A DNA stretch of 64,000 bases from an uncultured Gemmatimonadales bacterium (GCA_963777835.1 CAVZRK010000006.1:988010-1052009); one strand, 5' to 3'; shown: positions 7,975 to 17,858, numbered from the stretch's first letter. Translations and numbers: made by a program. The notes: generated by a model from the sequence alone, not told the origin.

Positions 7975-10395
7975 CTAGAGCAAGCTGACCGGATCGCGGT
8001 CGATGGTGACCCGCGGCTCGCCCGACCCGGCCAGGCGCGTCGCGGCATACCGCACCACGCGTCCGAGGACACCCCCCTCTCCCTTGAGGGCCACGTGCCA
8101 GCGCCAGCGGTCCTTGATTCGCGCGAGCGGACAGGGGGCCGGCCCCAGTACCGTGAGCTCGAGCCCGTGTCGCTCGGCGAGCGCCGCGGCCCACTCGGCC
8201 GTTTCCGCGGCCACACGACCCACCGCCGTCTCCTCCCGGCCGGAGACGACCAGGTTCACGAGCCCCGTGGCCGGGGGATAGGCGGGGGACGCCCGGAGTG
8301 CGAGTTCGTCCCCCAGGAATCCTTCCGCGTCGTGCCTGGCGGCGCGGAGGAGCGCGTGGTGGGTCGGCTGGCGCGTCTGGACCACCACCCGCCCCCCCGC
8401 AGGGCCCCGCCCGGCGCGGCCCGCCACCTGCGCGATCAGCTGGAAGGTCCGCTCGGCCGACCGGAAGTCGGGGAGATGCAGCGCGGTGTCGGCGTCCACC
8501 ACGCCCACCAGGGTCACGTTCGGGAAGTCGAGGCCCTTGGCGATCATCTGCGTGCCGAGGAGGAGGTCCACCTCCCGCCGCTCGACGGTGCCGAGAATGC
8601 GGTGGTGGGCCCACTTGGTGCTGGTGGTGTCGAGGTCCATCCGGGCCAGCCGCGCCGAAGGGAAGCGCTCCGCCAGCCAGCGCTCCAGCTGCTGCGTGCC
8701 GACGCCGCGCATCTGCGCGACGGCGTGGCCGCAGGCCGCGCAGCACTCCGTGAGCGGCGCCTCGTGCGCGCAGTAGTGACAGCGGAGCGCCGGCGGCGAC
8801 TGATGCACCGTCAGGCTGATGCTGCAGGAGGGGCACTCGGGCACGTGGCCGCAGTCGGGGCACTGCAGGAACGCCGCGAAGCCGCGCCGGTTGAGGAGGA
8901 GCATCCCCTGCTCGCCGCGGGCCAGCACCCGGCTCACCGCCCCGTCCAGTTCCTCGGACCAGGGAATCGCGCCGGAGCCGGGGATCTTCGGCGCCGTGCG
9001 CAGGTCCACCAGCACCACCGGCGGCAGCTTCCCCGCCCCGGCGCGCTCCGGCAGCGGCACCAGCGTGAGCCGCTTGCCCGGGCCCGCCTCGGACCAGCTC
9101 TCGAGCGATGGCGTGGCGCTGCCGAGCACCAGGCGGGCCCCCTCGAGCCGGGCGCGGACGGCGGCCACCTCCCGCGCGTGGTAGCGCGGCGACTCGCCGT
9201 TCTTGTAGGTGGCCTCGTGCTCCTCGTCCACCACGATCACGCCAGGCGCGGCCACCGGCGCGAAGATGGCCGACCGCGCCCCGACCGCCACGCGCCGCTC
9301 CCCGCGCCGCAGCGCGCGCCAGGCGTCGGCCCGCTCGCCGTCGGAAAGTCCGCTGTGGAGCACCGCCACGTCGTCGCCGAACATGCCACGGACTCGCCGC
9401 ACCGTCTGCGGCGTCAGGCCGATCTCGGGCACCAGGATAATGGCGCCGCGGCCGGTCTCGAGCCCGCGCCGGATCGCCTCGAGATAGACGAACGTCTTCC
9501 CGCTGCCGGTGATCCCGAAGAGGAGCGCCCCCTCCCCCGCGGCGAGCCCCTCGATGTCGGCGAGCGCGCGCCGCTGGTCGCCGGAGAGTCCCTCGGGCGG
9601 CGGCGTCCCCGCCTCGCCGGCGAAGGGATCGCGCACCCGCTCCACTTCCTCGACGGCGGCGTGCCCTCCGCCGACCAGCGCCCGGATCAGCGCCGTGCTG
9701 AATCCGAGTTGGGTGCGCAGGTGCGCGACCGGGGCGCTGCCGCCCAGCTGCTCCACCGCTTCGTACAGCGCGCGCTGCCTCGGCTTGCTCCCGAACGCCT
9801 CCTGGCGCTCGAGCAGCGTGAGCCGCCGGTCGGGAATCACCAGGAGCCGCTCGGTCACGGCGCCACCGCCGGTGTCCGGCGGCACGACGCGAAGGGTGAC
9901 CGCCCCGACGCGCGCCAGGCGGTCCACGGCGTCCCACACGCCGCGCTTCATCCCGCGGGCGATGGACGGAACCGACGCCGACCCGCCCTTCCGTTCCAGC
10001 CACTGGAGGATTTCGGCGCCCGTGCCGCCCGGGACCCGGGATGCCGCGGCGATATCCACCACGACTTCACTGCCGCCCCACAGGCCCGACGGAAGCGCCG
10101 CCTTCAGCGCGAGTCCGATCGGCGCGCCGTAGTAGCCGGCCATCCACTCGACCGTGCGGAGGAGCGCGGGCGTCAGCGCCGGCTCGTCGTCGGGCGTGGC
10201 GAGGATCGGCCGCGCCGTCATCTCGGGGGCGGGCGCTTCAATGGCGGTGACGATGCCGATCAACTCCCGGCCGCGCACCGGCACCACGACGCGCGCCCCG
10301 GCCGCCACGCGGTCGGCCAGGGTCTCGGGAATCTGGTAGGTGTAGGGAGTGGCGAGGGGGAGCGGAAGCGCGACCTGCGCGTACCGTTCGGTCAT
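7975..10395 (-). CDS. priA: primosomal protein N' (replication restart helicase PriA)
   Basis: Start trimmed to ATG 10395 (MTERYAQVALPLPL...). Walker A GITGSGKT, DEEH box VVDEEHE, Cys-rich Zn region CPDCGHVPECPSCS...CHYCAHE...CAACG. Confidence 0.9.
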   Translation of the reverse strand: MTERYAQVALPLPLATPYTYQIPETLADRVAAGARVVVPVRGRELIGIVTAIEAPAPEMTARPILATPDDEPALTPALLRTVEWMAGYYGAPIGLALKAALPSGLWGGSEVVVDIAAASRVPGGTGAEILQWLERKGGSASVPSIARGMKRGVWDAVDRLARVGAVTLRVVPPDTGGGAVTERLLVIPDRRLTLLERQEAFGSKPRQRALYEAVEQLGGSAPVAHLRTQLGFSTALIRALVGGGHAAVEEVERVRDPFAGEAGTPPPEGLSGDQRRALADIEGLAAGEGALLFGITGSGKTFVYLEAIRRGLETGRGAIILVPEIGLTPQTVRRVRGMFGDDVAVLHSGLSDGERADAWRALRRGERRVAVGARSAIFAPVAAPGVIVVDEEHEATYKNGESPRYHAREVAAVRARLEGARLVLGSATPSLESWSEAGPGKRLTLVPLPERAGAGKLPPVVLVDLRTAPKIPGSGAIPWSEELDGAVSRVLARGEQGMLLLNRRGFAAFLQCPDCGHVPECPSCSISLTVHQSPPALRCHYCAHEAPLTECCAACGHAVAQMRGVGTQQLERWLAERFPSARLARMDLDTTSTKWAHHRILGTVERREVDLLLGTQMIAKGLDFPNVTLVGVVDADTALHLPDFRSAERTFQLIAQVAGRAGRGPAGGRVVVQTRQPTHHALLRAARHDAEGFLGDELALRASPAYPPATGLVNLVVSGREETAVGRVAAETAEWAAALAERHGLELTVLGPAPCPLARIKDRWRWHVALKGEGGVLGRVVRYAATRLAGSGEPRVTIDRDPVSLL

Positions 10396-11408
10396 CGCGG
10401 CGTGACGCCGAGCCCCGGGCCGGTGGGGAGGCGGAGCTGGCCGCCCGCGATGGTGGCGCCGACGAACGGGTCCTCCGCCAGGAGCGCCGCGCCGTCGAGG
10501 TCCACGATGTCCACCAGCGGCGTGAAGTGCGCCGCCGCGGTAATGGCGAGCGAGCTCTCGATCATGCAGCCGACCATGACCGTCATGTGGTGCGCCCGCG
10601 CGACGGCGATCATCCGGATCGCCTCGCGGAGGCTGCCGCACTTGGCCAGCTTGATGTTGATGCCGTCCACCTGCCCCACCAGGCCGGGGATGTCGCTCGC
10701 GGTCCGGCACGACTCATCCGCGATGATCGGGATGGACGCGGCCATGCGGATGACCCCGAGTCCCTCCACGTCGGTCGGGACGAGCGGCTGCTCCAGCACC
10801 GTCACGCCGAACTCCTCGAGCACGGGCAGCATCTGGATGGTGTGCTTGACGGTCCAGCCGCAGTTGGCGTCCACCCGCAGCTCGCGGTCGGTGGCGTCGC
10901 GGATGGTCTGCAGGATCTCCAGGTCGCGGTCGCTGCCGAGCTTGATCTTGAGGATCGGGTATTCGGCGGCCTCGTGCACCTTCATCCGGATCCGCTCCGG
11001 CGTGTCGATCCCGATGGTGAAGGTGGACATCGGCGCCTTGGCGGGGTCGAGACCCCACAGCTTGTACACCGGCACGCCGAGCCGCTTGCCGACCAGGTCG
11101 TGCATGGCGGCGGACAGGGCGGCCCGCGCCGAAGGGTTGCCCCGGAGCGCCGTCTCGAGGCGGCGGTCGGTCTCCTCGAGGTCGAACGGGTCGGCCGGCA
11201 GGTGTTGCGCGTAATGCTGGAGCACCTCCATGACCGTTTCCGGGGTTTCGCCGTAGAACTTCGTCGGCGCCGCCTCGCCCCAGCCCTCGTGGCCGTCCCC
11301 GTCGGTCAGCCGCACCCAGACGGTCTTGTAATCGCTCTGCCCGCCCCGGGCGATGATGAAGGGATGCCGGGTGCGGAGGAGGAGGTATTCAGCCTGGAGA
11401 CGCAGCAT
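10392..11408 (-). CDS. dipeptide epimerase (L-Ala-D/L-Glu epimerase-like, enolase superfamily MR/MLE)
   Basis: 338 aa with the catalytic pattern KIKLG / RVDANCGW / LEQPL / IIADES / NIKLAKCGSL. The stop overlaps the priA start (ATGA). Confidence 0.8.
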   Translation of the reverse strand: MLRLQAEYLLLRTRHPFIIARGGQSDYKTVWVRLTDGDGHEGWGEAAPTKFYGETPETVMEVLQHYAQHLPADPFDLEETDRRLETALRGNPSARAALSAAMHDLVGKRLGVPVYKLWGLDPAKAPMSTFTIGIDTPERIRMKVHEAAEYPILKIKLGSDRDLEILQTIRDATDRELRVDANCGWTVKHTIQMLPVLEEFGVTVLEQPLVPTDVEGLGVIRMAASIPIIADESCRTASDIPGLVGQVDGINIKLAKCGSLREAIRMIAVARAHHMTVMVGCMIESSLAITAAAHFTPLVDIVDLDGAALLAEDPFVGATIAGGQLRLPTGPGLGVTPR

Positions 11409-11444
11409 GTGATGACCCGATGGAAGTTGGTGGCCGTAACCTAA

Positions 11445-11564
11445 CTGAATTCACGAAAACACGAAAACACGAAAGCACGAAAGAAAGACACCTGCCTATA
11501 CACTGGAAAATGGTCCTGGCTGAGTCACAGGTCCTTTCGTGCCTTCGTGATTTCGTGGGTTCAG
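11445..11564. repeat. inverted arrays of an octamer (CACGAAAR x4 ... YTTTCGTG x3) flanking a ~50-nt low-GC loop
   Basis: CACGAAAA CACGAAAA CACGAAAG CACGAAAG at 11452-11483. CTTTCGTG CCTTCGTG ATTTCGTG at 11534-11557. Outer CTGAA/TTCAG pairing. It fills the gap between the HDAC-family stop (11565) and the epimerase start (11408). Confidence 0.8.
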
Positions 11565-12461
11565 TCATCCCAGCGCCGCCACGAACGCCGCCGCGCCCTT
11601 CGCGAGCCGTCCCGGCACATACCCGCCCTCGAGGGTGCCGAGGATCGGCGCCTCCGGCATCCGCTCCCGAAGCCGCTCCGTGAGAACCCGGTAGTGGCGC
11701 GGCTGCAGCGTGAAGCCGCCGAGCGGATCTCCCGCCATCGCATCGAACCCCGCGGAGACGATGATCGCGTCCGGCGTCCACTCCCTGGTGGCGGCCTCGA
11801 CGGCCAGCCAGAGCTCCCGCACATACTGCTCCGGCTCCAGCCCGCCGGGCAGCGGCACGTTGAACACATTGCCCACGCCCCGCTCCGACGCCGCCCCCGT
11901 GAACGGCCACCACGGCGACTGGTGCAGTGACACGAAGCGCACCTCGGCGTCGTGCTCGACCAGCGCCTGGGTGCCATTCCCGTGATGGACGTCCCAGTCC
12001 ACGATCAGCACCCGGCGGCGCCCCAGCGCCTGGAACCGCCGCGCCGCGAGCACCGCGTTGTTGACGAGGCAGAACCCCATGACGCGGTCGGCCAGGGCGT
12101 GGTGGCCGGGTGGCCGTACCGCCGCGAAGGCGTGGCCCGCCCCGCCGTGCGCGTGTCCGGCCGCCTCGAGGACGGCGCCGGTGGCGGCGAGCATCGCGTC
12201 CCAGCTGCGGGCGTTCATCACGGTGTCGGGGTCGAGCCGCCCTCCCCCCGCCGCGTGGGTGTCGCGCAGGAGCTGGAGGTGCCCAGGGGTGTGCACTGCG
12301 AGGAGCACATCGGGAGTGGCGGGGCCGGCGGTGTGGAGCTCGACGCCGGGAAGCGCCCCCAAAGCCTCCATCACGGCCACGATCCGGCCCGGGGCCTCGG
12401 GATGCCCGGGGCCCGCGTCGTGGAGCGTACAGCTGGGGTGGCTGTAGACGGCGACGGCCAT
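11565..12461 (-). CDS. histone deacetylase-family (acetoin utilisation / acetylpolyamine-type) deacetylase
   Basis: 298 aa with motifs VRPPGHHA and IVDWDVHHGNGTQ. Confidence 0.85.
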   Translation of the reverse strand: MAVAVYSHPSCTLHDAGPGHPEAPGRIVAVMEALGALPGVELHTAGPATPDVLLAVHTPGHLQLLRDTHAAGGGRLDPDTVMNARSWDAMLAATGAVLEAAGHAHGGAGHAFAAVRPPGHHALADRVMGFCLVNNAVLAARRFQALGRRRVLIVDWDVHHGNGTQALVEHDAEVRFVSLHQSPWWPFTGAASERGVGNVFNVPLPGGLEPEQYVRELWLAVEAATREWTPDAIIVSAGFDAMAGDPLGGFTLQPRHYRVLTERLRERMPEAPILGTLEGGYVPGRLAKGAAAFVAALG

Positions 12462-12487
12462 CGTGCCCGCCGAGGGAGGAAAGGGGC

Positions 12488-13021
12488 CTACTTGACCGGG
12501 CGTCGGCGGACGGGGAGCACGATCAGCGCGGCGTTGTCCACCACCTGCGCCGACGCGAGCGACACGGTCTCGTCGCGGAGCGAGGCGCCGCGATACTTGA
12601 CCTCGTAGCCGCCGGGGTCGTTCGCCACGTGCATCATGACCAGCGCGCGGAGCTTGAGCTCGGCCACCGACGCGGTGGGAGGCAGCTTGAGTTCCACGGT
12701 ATCCCAGGTGTCCTGCACCGTGACGCGGACCAGCATCCCGTCGTCGCTCATGCGGGCACCACCGACGGGCGTCGGAAGGGTGGAGAGGAACCGCGCCAGC
12801 GCCTGGTCGAAGAAGAGCGTGGAGCCGCGCACCCGCGTGTGCCCGTCCGCCGGGAACACGGCGAGGGCGATCTCCTCGCCCCCCTGGCCGCGGAGGGTCA
12901 GGTATCCGGGCCCTTCCGACTCGGGAAACGCCGCCGACTGCGGCATCCGCTGCGTGAAGAACGCCTTGGCGCGGAGGAGCACCTCGGGGCCGGCCAGCGT
13001 GGTCACCGTTTCATGCACCAT
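12488..13021 (-). CDS. hypothetical protein
   Basis: Start trimmed to ATG 13021 (MVHETVTTLAGPEV...), 177 aa. The C-terminal ~85 aa (MLVRVTVQDTWDTVELKLPPTASVAELKLRAL...) looks like a small beta-grasp-type domain. No motif recognised. Confidence 0.45.
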   Translation of the reverse strand: MVHETVTTLAGPEVLLRAKAFFTQRMPQSAAFPESEGPGYLTLRGQGGEEIALAVFPADGHTRVRGSTLFFDQALARFLSTLPTPVGGARMSDDGMLVRVTVQDTWDTVELKLPPTASVAELKLRALVMMHVANDPGGYEVKYRGASLRDETVSLASAQVVDNAALIVLPVRRRPVK

Positions 13022-13032
13022 GACGAATCCGC

Positions 13033-14160
13033 TCAGCGCTTGAGAATGGTAATGCCGGTCGGCTGGGCCGGCAGCGGGGTCGTGCTCACCTTGGTGAGCG
13101 TGGTCAGGTCGATCACGTCCACCGCGCCGGGGTCGGCGCCGATGGACTCCTGCGTCACGTAGGCGTACCGGCTGTCGGGGCTGAACGCGACGCCGTGGAC
13201 GATCTTCTTGGTGGTCGGCACCCGCGCCAGCTCCTTGAGGGTCCGGGCGTCCACCACGCTGGCGCTCTGCGCCTTCTTGTTGGTCACCACGACGAACCGC
13301 CCGTCCGGCGACGGCTCCACGTTGTAGGCGCCGGCGCCCACCGCGATCTCGGCGCGCATCGTCAGCGACTCGGCGTCCCAGACCTGCAGCGTCCCCTTGT
13401 GGTTGCAGGCCACGTACAGCGTGCGGTCGTCGCGCGAGACGCTCACGAAGGTCGGGGCGCACTCGTTGTCCACGGCGGGGGCGGCCGCGGGCGCCGGCGC
13501 TGTGGCCGGCGCGCCGTGATTCATGCCGGCGTGGGCCCCGGCGGCGGCGGGCATGGCCATCCCGGAGCCGGTCTTCGCGCGGCGCGTGATGTCGAAGGTG
13601 GCGGCGTCGATCTGGAGCAACTCGTCGCTGTGCATGCAGGAGACCCACACCGCCGTCCCCGCGTGGTTCACCTTCACGCCGTGCGGCATGTCGCACGCCG
13701 GGATCTCGGTGATCTTCATCATGTCGGGGGTGTACACCGCCGAAATGGAGTTGACGCGGGGGTGGTCGCCGTGGAAGTCGGAGTTGGCCACGAACGCGAA
13801 CTCGCCGTCGGGGGAGACGGAGATGGTGGTCGGGAAGAATTCCAGCTGGGCGCGGCCGGCCAGGGTGTCGTTACTCGCGTCGAACCGCCAGAGCGTGCCG
13901 TACGGCGTGCCGTGGGCGATGGAGACGTAGTACCAGCGCTGGTCGGCGGAGACGGTGATGTTGTGCGGGCCGTCGATGTCGGCCGGCATGACCCCCACCG
14001 GCACCACCTTGTCCACCACCAGGGCGCTGCCTTCGGGGCGGAGCCAGGTGATGATGTCGCCCGATTCGCTGACGACCCCCACCCGGTACGCCGCGGTGGT
14101 CGTCTGGGCGGCCAGCGGCGCGGCGACGAGTGCCAATCCCAACAGGAACGTGCCCCGCAT
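13033..14160 (-). CDS. secreted YVTN-family beta-propeller repeat protein with a Met/His-rich loop
   Basis: ATG 14160 is preceded by GGAGGG (alternative ATGs at 14178 and 14190). Signal peptide MRGTFLLGLALVAAPLAAQ. Repeated ...SPDG..AYV.N blades. Inserted loop KTGSGMAMPAAAGAHAGMNHGAP. Confidence 0.65.
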   Translation of the reverse strand: MRGTFLLGLALVAAPLAAQTTTAAYRVGVVSESGDIITWLRPEGSALVVDKVVPVGVMPADIDGPHNITVSADQRWYYVSIAHGTPYGTLWRFDASNDTLAGRAQLEFFPTTISVSPDGEFAFVANSDFHGDHPRVNSISAVYTPDMMKITEIPACDMPHGVKVNHAGTAVWVSCMHSDELLQIDAATFDITRRAKTGSGMAMPAAAGAHAGMNHGAPATAPAPAAAPAVDNECAPTFVSVSRDDRTLYVACNHKGTLQVWDAESLTMRAEIAVGAGAYNVEPSPDGRFVVVTNKKAQSASVVDARTLKELARVPTTKKIVHGVAFSPDSRYAYVTQESIGADPGAVDVIDLTTLTKVSTTPLPAQPTGITILKR

Positions 14161-14195
14161 TCCATCCCTCCGGCGCATGAGTCGAGGCATGGAAG

Positions 14196-14897
14196 TTAAT
14201 CGCCCGCCGTCGGTTCCGCCGCCACGATCCCGGTGAATGGCCGGGGCTGGCGGAAGAGGTCGAACAGCCCCGCCCGCCGGCGCAGGACCAGCACCAGCTC
14301 CCCCGGCGGCGGGTCGTCGACCCCCTCCACCGTCAGGAAGGCGGGGAGGACCGTCCCCACCGGGGCCGTCGCGCGATACGCCCGGCCGTGCCAGCCGAAT
14401 TCCAGCGAATCGGGGAGCCGCCGGACCACCCGGTCGAGGAAGAAGTCGTCGTCCACCTGGTACACCCCCTCCGCCACCGCTTCGCCGCTCAGGTGGAAGA
14501 GCGGGTCGAACGGCTCCCCGTCCATCCGGGCGAAGTTCTGCTCGGCCGCCTCGTCGAACGCCTCGAGCGCCCCCTCGCGGGCCCGCCACTCGAGGTGGTG
14601 GCGAAGCTCGTGGGTGAGCGTTTCCCACGTCTCGGTGCGCCAGTCGAAGTCGGGGTCGAGCTCGGCCAGGGCGCGGAACGAGCCGTGATACAGCACGACC
14701 CGGCTCTGGATCTCGTCGGCAGCGGCGGTGTCGCCGGCGTGGAAGGGGATGCAGTGGCCGAGCGTGAAGATGTCGGCCCGGGTGGGATGCGGCACCGCGC
14801 GGGGCGAGACGGTGATCTCGGCGATGCCGTCGAGGAACTCCTCCGGCACCTCCTTGCTGAGGCGCGCCACGAGGGAACGGAAGTCACCGAGTCGCAT
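14196..14897 (-). CDS. zincin-like metallopeptidase family protein
   Basis: 233 aa with an HExxH motif in TLTHELRHHLEW. N-terminal part resembles the small Zincin_1-type putative metallopeptidases. Confidence 0.6.
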   Translation of the reverse strand: MRLGDFRSLVARLSKEVPEEFLDGIAEITVSPRAVPHPTRADIFTLGHCIPFHAGDTAAADEIQSRVVLYHGSFRALAELDPDFDWRTETWETLTHELRHHLEWRAREGALEAFDEAAEQNFARMDGEPFDPLFHLSGEAVAEGVYQVDDDFFLDRVVRRLPDSLEFGWHGRAYRATAPVGTVLPAFLTVEGVDDPPPGELVLVLRRRAGLFDLFRQPRPFTGIVAAEPTAGD

Positions 14898-14940
14898 TCA
14901 GTCCTGCCTCCCTGCCCCACTGCCCACCGGCCCCGCCGCG

Positions 14941-16212
14941 CTACGCAGCGCCGAGCGCCTGCGCCAGGTCCGCGATCAGATCCTCGTAGTGCTCCACCCC
15001 CACCGACAGCCGCACCAGCCCCGGGGTGAAGCCCATCCGGGCCTGGTCCGCAGGGGGGACGTCGGCGTGCGTCATCGAGCCGGGGTGTTCGGCCAGCGAC
15101 TCCGTGCCGCCCAGGCTCACCGCCAGCTTGACCATGGAGAGCGCGTTGAGGAAGCGGAACGCCGCCGCCTCGCCGCCCACGACGTCGAACGAGATCATCG
15201 AGCCCGGCGCCACGCACTGCCGCTGGTACACGTCGAACATCGGCGAATCCTCGGTCAGGTGCCCGAGGTAGTGGACCGCCTGCACCTTGGGGTGCTCCGC
15301 CAGGAAGTCCGCCACGTAGCGCGCGTTCTTCATCGCGGCCGTCATCCGCATCTTGAGCGTCTCGAGGCTCCGGAGCAGCAGCCACCCGGACCAGGGGCTC
15401 ATCATCGTGCCCATGAAGGTGCGAAGGGTGCGTACGGGGAGCATCGTCGCGAGGCTGCCCGACACCGCGCCGGCGATGATGTCGCTGTGTCCGCCGATGA
15501 ACTTGGTCGCCGAGTAGATGACCAGGTCGGCGCCGTGCTGCAGCGGGTGCTGGAAGACGGGGCCGAGGAAGGTGTTGTCCACCATCACCACGGCGGGACG
15601 GCCCGGCGCCGAGAGGCCGTGGGCCAGGTCGGCGATCCCCCGGATGTCCACCAGCGCGTTCGTCGGGTTGGCGGGGGTCTCGAGGAGCACCGCCGCCACC
15701 GGGCGGCCGGCGACCCGCGCCGTCAGGTCGGCGGCGAGGTCGGCCATCGGCACCCCGGCCTGGAAGCCGACGGGAATGACGCCGAGGCGGGGGAGGAAGT
15801 GCTTGATGAAGTGGTCGGAGCCGCCGTAGAGCGGCTCGCTGTGGATGAGCACGTCGCCGGGGGTGAGGAAGGCGAGGAGGGAGGTGGTGATGGCGGCCAT
15901 GCCGCTGGCGAACACGGCGCACGCCTCCGCCTCGTCCCAGAGCGCCAGCCGCCCCTCGAGGATTTCGAGGTCGGGGTTGTTGAGGCGGCTGTAGATCAGC
16001 CCCATTTCCTCCCCGCTCCGCTGTTCCCGGAGGCCGTACGCCAGCTCGAAGAACGCCTTGCCCGCCTCGGCGGACTCGAAGGCGAAGGTGGAGGTCTGGA
16101 AGATGGGGCACTTCACCGCCCCTTCGCTGAGCCGCGGGTCGTACCCGTAGCTCATCATGAGGCTCTCGGGCCGAAGCTTGCGCCCGCCGATCTCCCGCAG
16201 GTTGCCGCTCAT
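14941..16212 (-). CDS. PLP-dependent Cys/Met-metabolism enzyme (methionine gamma-lyase / cystathionine gamma-synthase family)
   Basis: Start trimmed to ATG 16212 ([10 protein letters not shown]...). PLP-lysine motif [13 protein letters not shown]-terminal [17 protein letters not shown] typical of the family. Confidence 0.8.
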   Translation of the reverse strand: MSGNLREIGGRKLRPESLMMSYGYDPRLSEGAVKCPIFQTSTFAFESAEAGKAFFELAYGLREQRSGEEMGLIYSRLNNPDLEILEGRLALWDEAEACAVFASGMAAITTSLLAFLTPGDVLIHSEPLYGGSDHFIKHFLPRLGVIPVGFQAGVPMADLAADLTARVAGRPVAAVLLETPANPTNALVDIRGIADLAHGLSAPGRPAVVMVDNTFLGPVFQHPLQHGADLVIYSATKFIGGHSDIIAGAVSGSLATMLPVRTLRTFMGTMMSPWSGWLLLRSLETLKMRMTAAMKNARYVADFLAEHPKVQAVHYLGHLTEDSPMFDVYQRQCVAPGSMISFDVVGGEAAAFRFLNALSMVKLAVSLGGTESLAEHPGSMTHADVPPADQARMGFTPGLVRLSVGVEHYEDLIADLAQALGAA

Positions 16213-16228
16213 CCGTCCGCCCCTGTTC

Positions 16229-16249
16229 TCAGTCCTCAGTCCCCGGTCC
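16229..16249. repeat. heptamer TCAGTCC x2 plus one degenerate unit (complement of GGACTGA)
   Basis: TCAGTCC TCAGTCC CCGGTCC spans the glyQS stop codon (16236-16238). The same heptamer forms arrays at 26199-26243 and 27629-27700. Confidence 0.6.
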
Positions 16250-17568
16250 GCTCCTTGATCCACGCCGCCAAGGTGTCCGCCGCCACACGGTCCTGGTTCA
16301 TCGCGTCCCGGTGCCGCACCGTCACCGTGCCGTCCTGGAGGGTCTGGCCGTCCACGGTGATGCAGAACGGCGTGCCGGCCTCGTCCATGCGCCGGTAGCG
16401 CCGCCCCACCGCCCCGCTGTCGTCGTAGAAGGCGGGCACCTGCCGCTTGAGGTCGTGGTAGAGCCGGGTCGCGAACTCCGGCATCCCGTCCTTCTTGACC
16501 AGCGGGAAGACGCCCGCCTTGATCGGCGCGATGGAGGGATGGAAGCCGAGCACCACGCGGGTCTCCCCCTCGACCTGTTCCTCGCGGTACGCGTCCACCA
16601 GCGTCGTCAGGGTCACCCGGTCGGCGCCGGCGGAGGTCTCGACGATGTACGGCACGAACCGCTCGTTGGCCGCCTGGTCGAAGTAGTCGAGCTTCTTGCC
16701 CGAGGCGGCCTGGTGCCGCTGCAGGTCGAAGTCGGTCCGGTTGTGGATCCCCTCGATCTCGTTCCAGCCGAAGGGGAACTCGTACTCGATGTCGTAGGCG
16801 GCCTTGGCGTAGTGGGCCAGCTCGCCCGGGCCGTGCTCGTGCCAGCGGAGCTTGGCCGGGTTGAGGCCGAGGGCGTGGTGCCACGCCATCCGGAGCTCGC
16901 GCCACTGCTCGAACCACTCGGCGTCGGCGCCGGGCTTCACGAAGAACTGCATCTCCATCTGCTCGAACTCGCGGGTCCGGAAGATGAAGTTGCCGGGGGT
17001 GATCTCGTTCCGGAACGCCTTGCCGATCTGCGCGATGCCGAACGGCACCTTCTGCCGGGAGCCCTGCAGGACGTTCAGGTAGTTGACGTAGATCCCCTGG
17101 GCCGTCTCGGGGCGGAGATAGACGACCGCCGCGGACTCCTCCACCGGGCCCATGAAGGTCTTGAACATCAGGTTGAACAGGCGGGGCTCGGTGAGCTCGC
17201 AGGTGCGTGTGCTCGCCCGGGTGCTTGCTCGGCTTCTGCGGGCACTGCGCGTCCTGGATCTTGTCGGCCCGGAAGCGCGCCTTGCAGGTCTTGCAGTCCA
17301 CCAGCGGGTCGGTGAAGCCCGCCACGTGCCCGGAGGCCTCCCACACCTTGGGGTGCATCAGGATGGCGGCGTCGAGTCCCTCGATGTCGTCGCGGGCGTG
17401 GACCATGGCCCGCCACCAGCGGTCCTTGACGTTCTTCTTGAGCTCGACGCCCAGCGGGCCGTAGTCCCACACGGAGCCGAGGCCGCCGTAGATCTCGGAC
17501 GACTGGAAGACGAATCCGCGCCGCTTGCAGAGCGACACGAGCTTGTCCATGAGGGTGGTGTCGGCCAT
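16236..17568 (-). CDS. glyQS: glycine--tRNA ligase (class II, homodimeric GlyQS type); one frame break near 17203
   Basis: N-terminus [29 protein letters not shown]... lies in the frame of ORF 14941..17673. The remainder (…[18 protein letters not shown]…[14 protein letters not shown]…) lies in ORF 16236..17168. Length is 3n+1. Confidence 0.85.
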
Positions 17569-17771
17569 CTGCCGGCTCACAAGGACGGGAGTGGAGGAGG
17601 AGTCGCGATACGCGGGATAATAGACGGGGCGGGAGGGGCCGACAAGCAACGGGTTCTCTGCAAGACCTTGCACGCAATCCGCGGCGCGATCGGCTCCCGG
17701 TTGCGCGAAAATGGCTCCGGGTCAAAGTGCTAACGCCTTGGCTCTCCATCACTTGACACTCAGCCGGGAGT

Positions 17772-17787
17772 CGGCACCCGAATTGCT
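17772..17787 (+). promoter_or_regulatory. candidate sigma-54 (-24/-12) promoter for the minor-pilin cluster
   Basis: CGGCACCCGAATTGCT matches TGGCAC-N5-TTGCW with the exact GG-to-GC spacing. It lies ~72 nt upstream of ATG 17859. Confidence 0.4.
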
Positions 17788-17858
17788 CCTCCGGGACCGC
17801 AGTCAGGCCACCCTCGTGGCCATGAGCCCGACCCAACGACCCGAAGCAGGAGTCCGAG

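Noticed and set aside
14489-17673. ORF-track entries 14489..16111 and the 910-aa 14941..17673 as single large proteins.
   Set aside because: The 910-aa ORF is a read-through composite of glyQS (N-terminal part), off-frame sequence and the PLP enzyme. 14489..16111 is an off-frame shadow. I split them into glyQS (16236..17568, one break) and the PLP enzyme (14941..16212).
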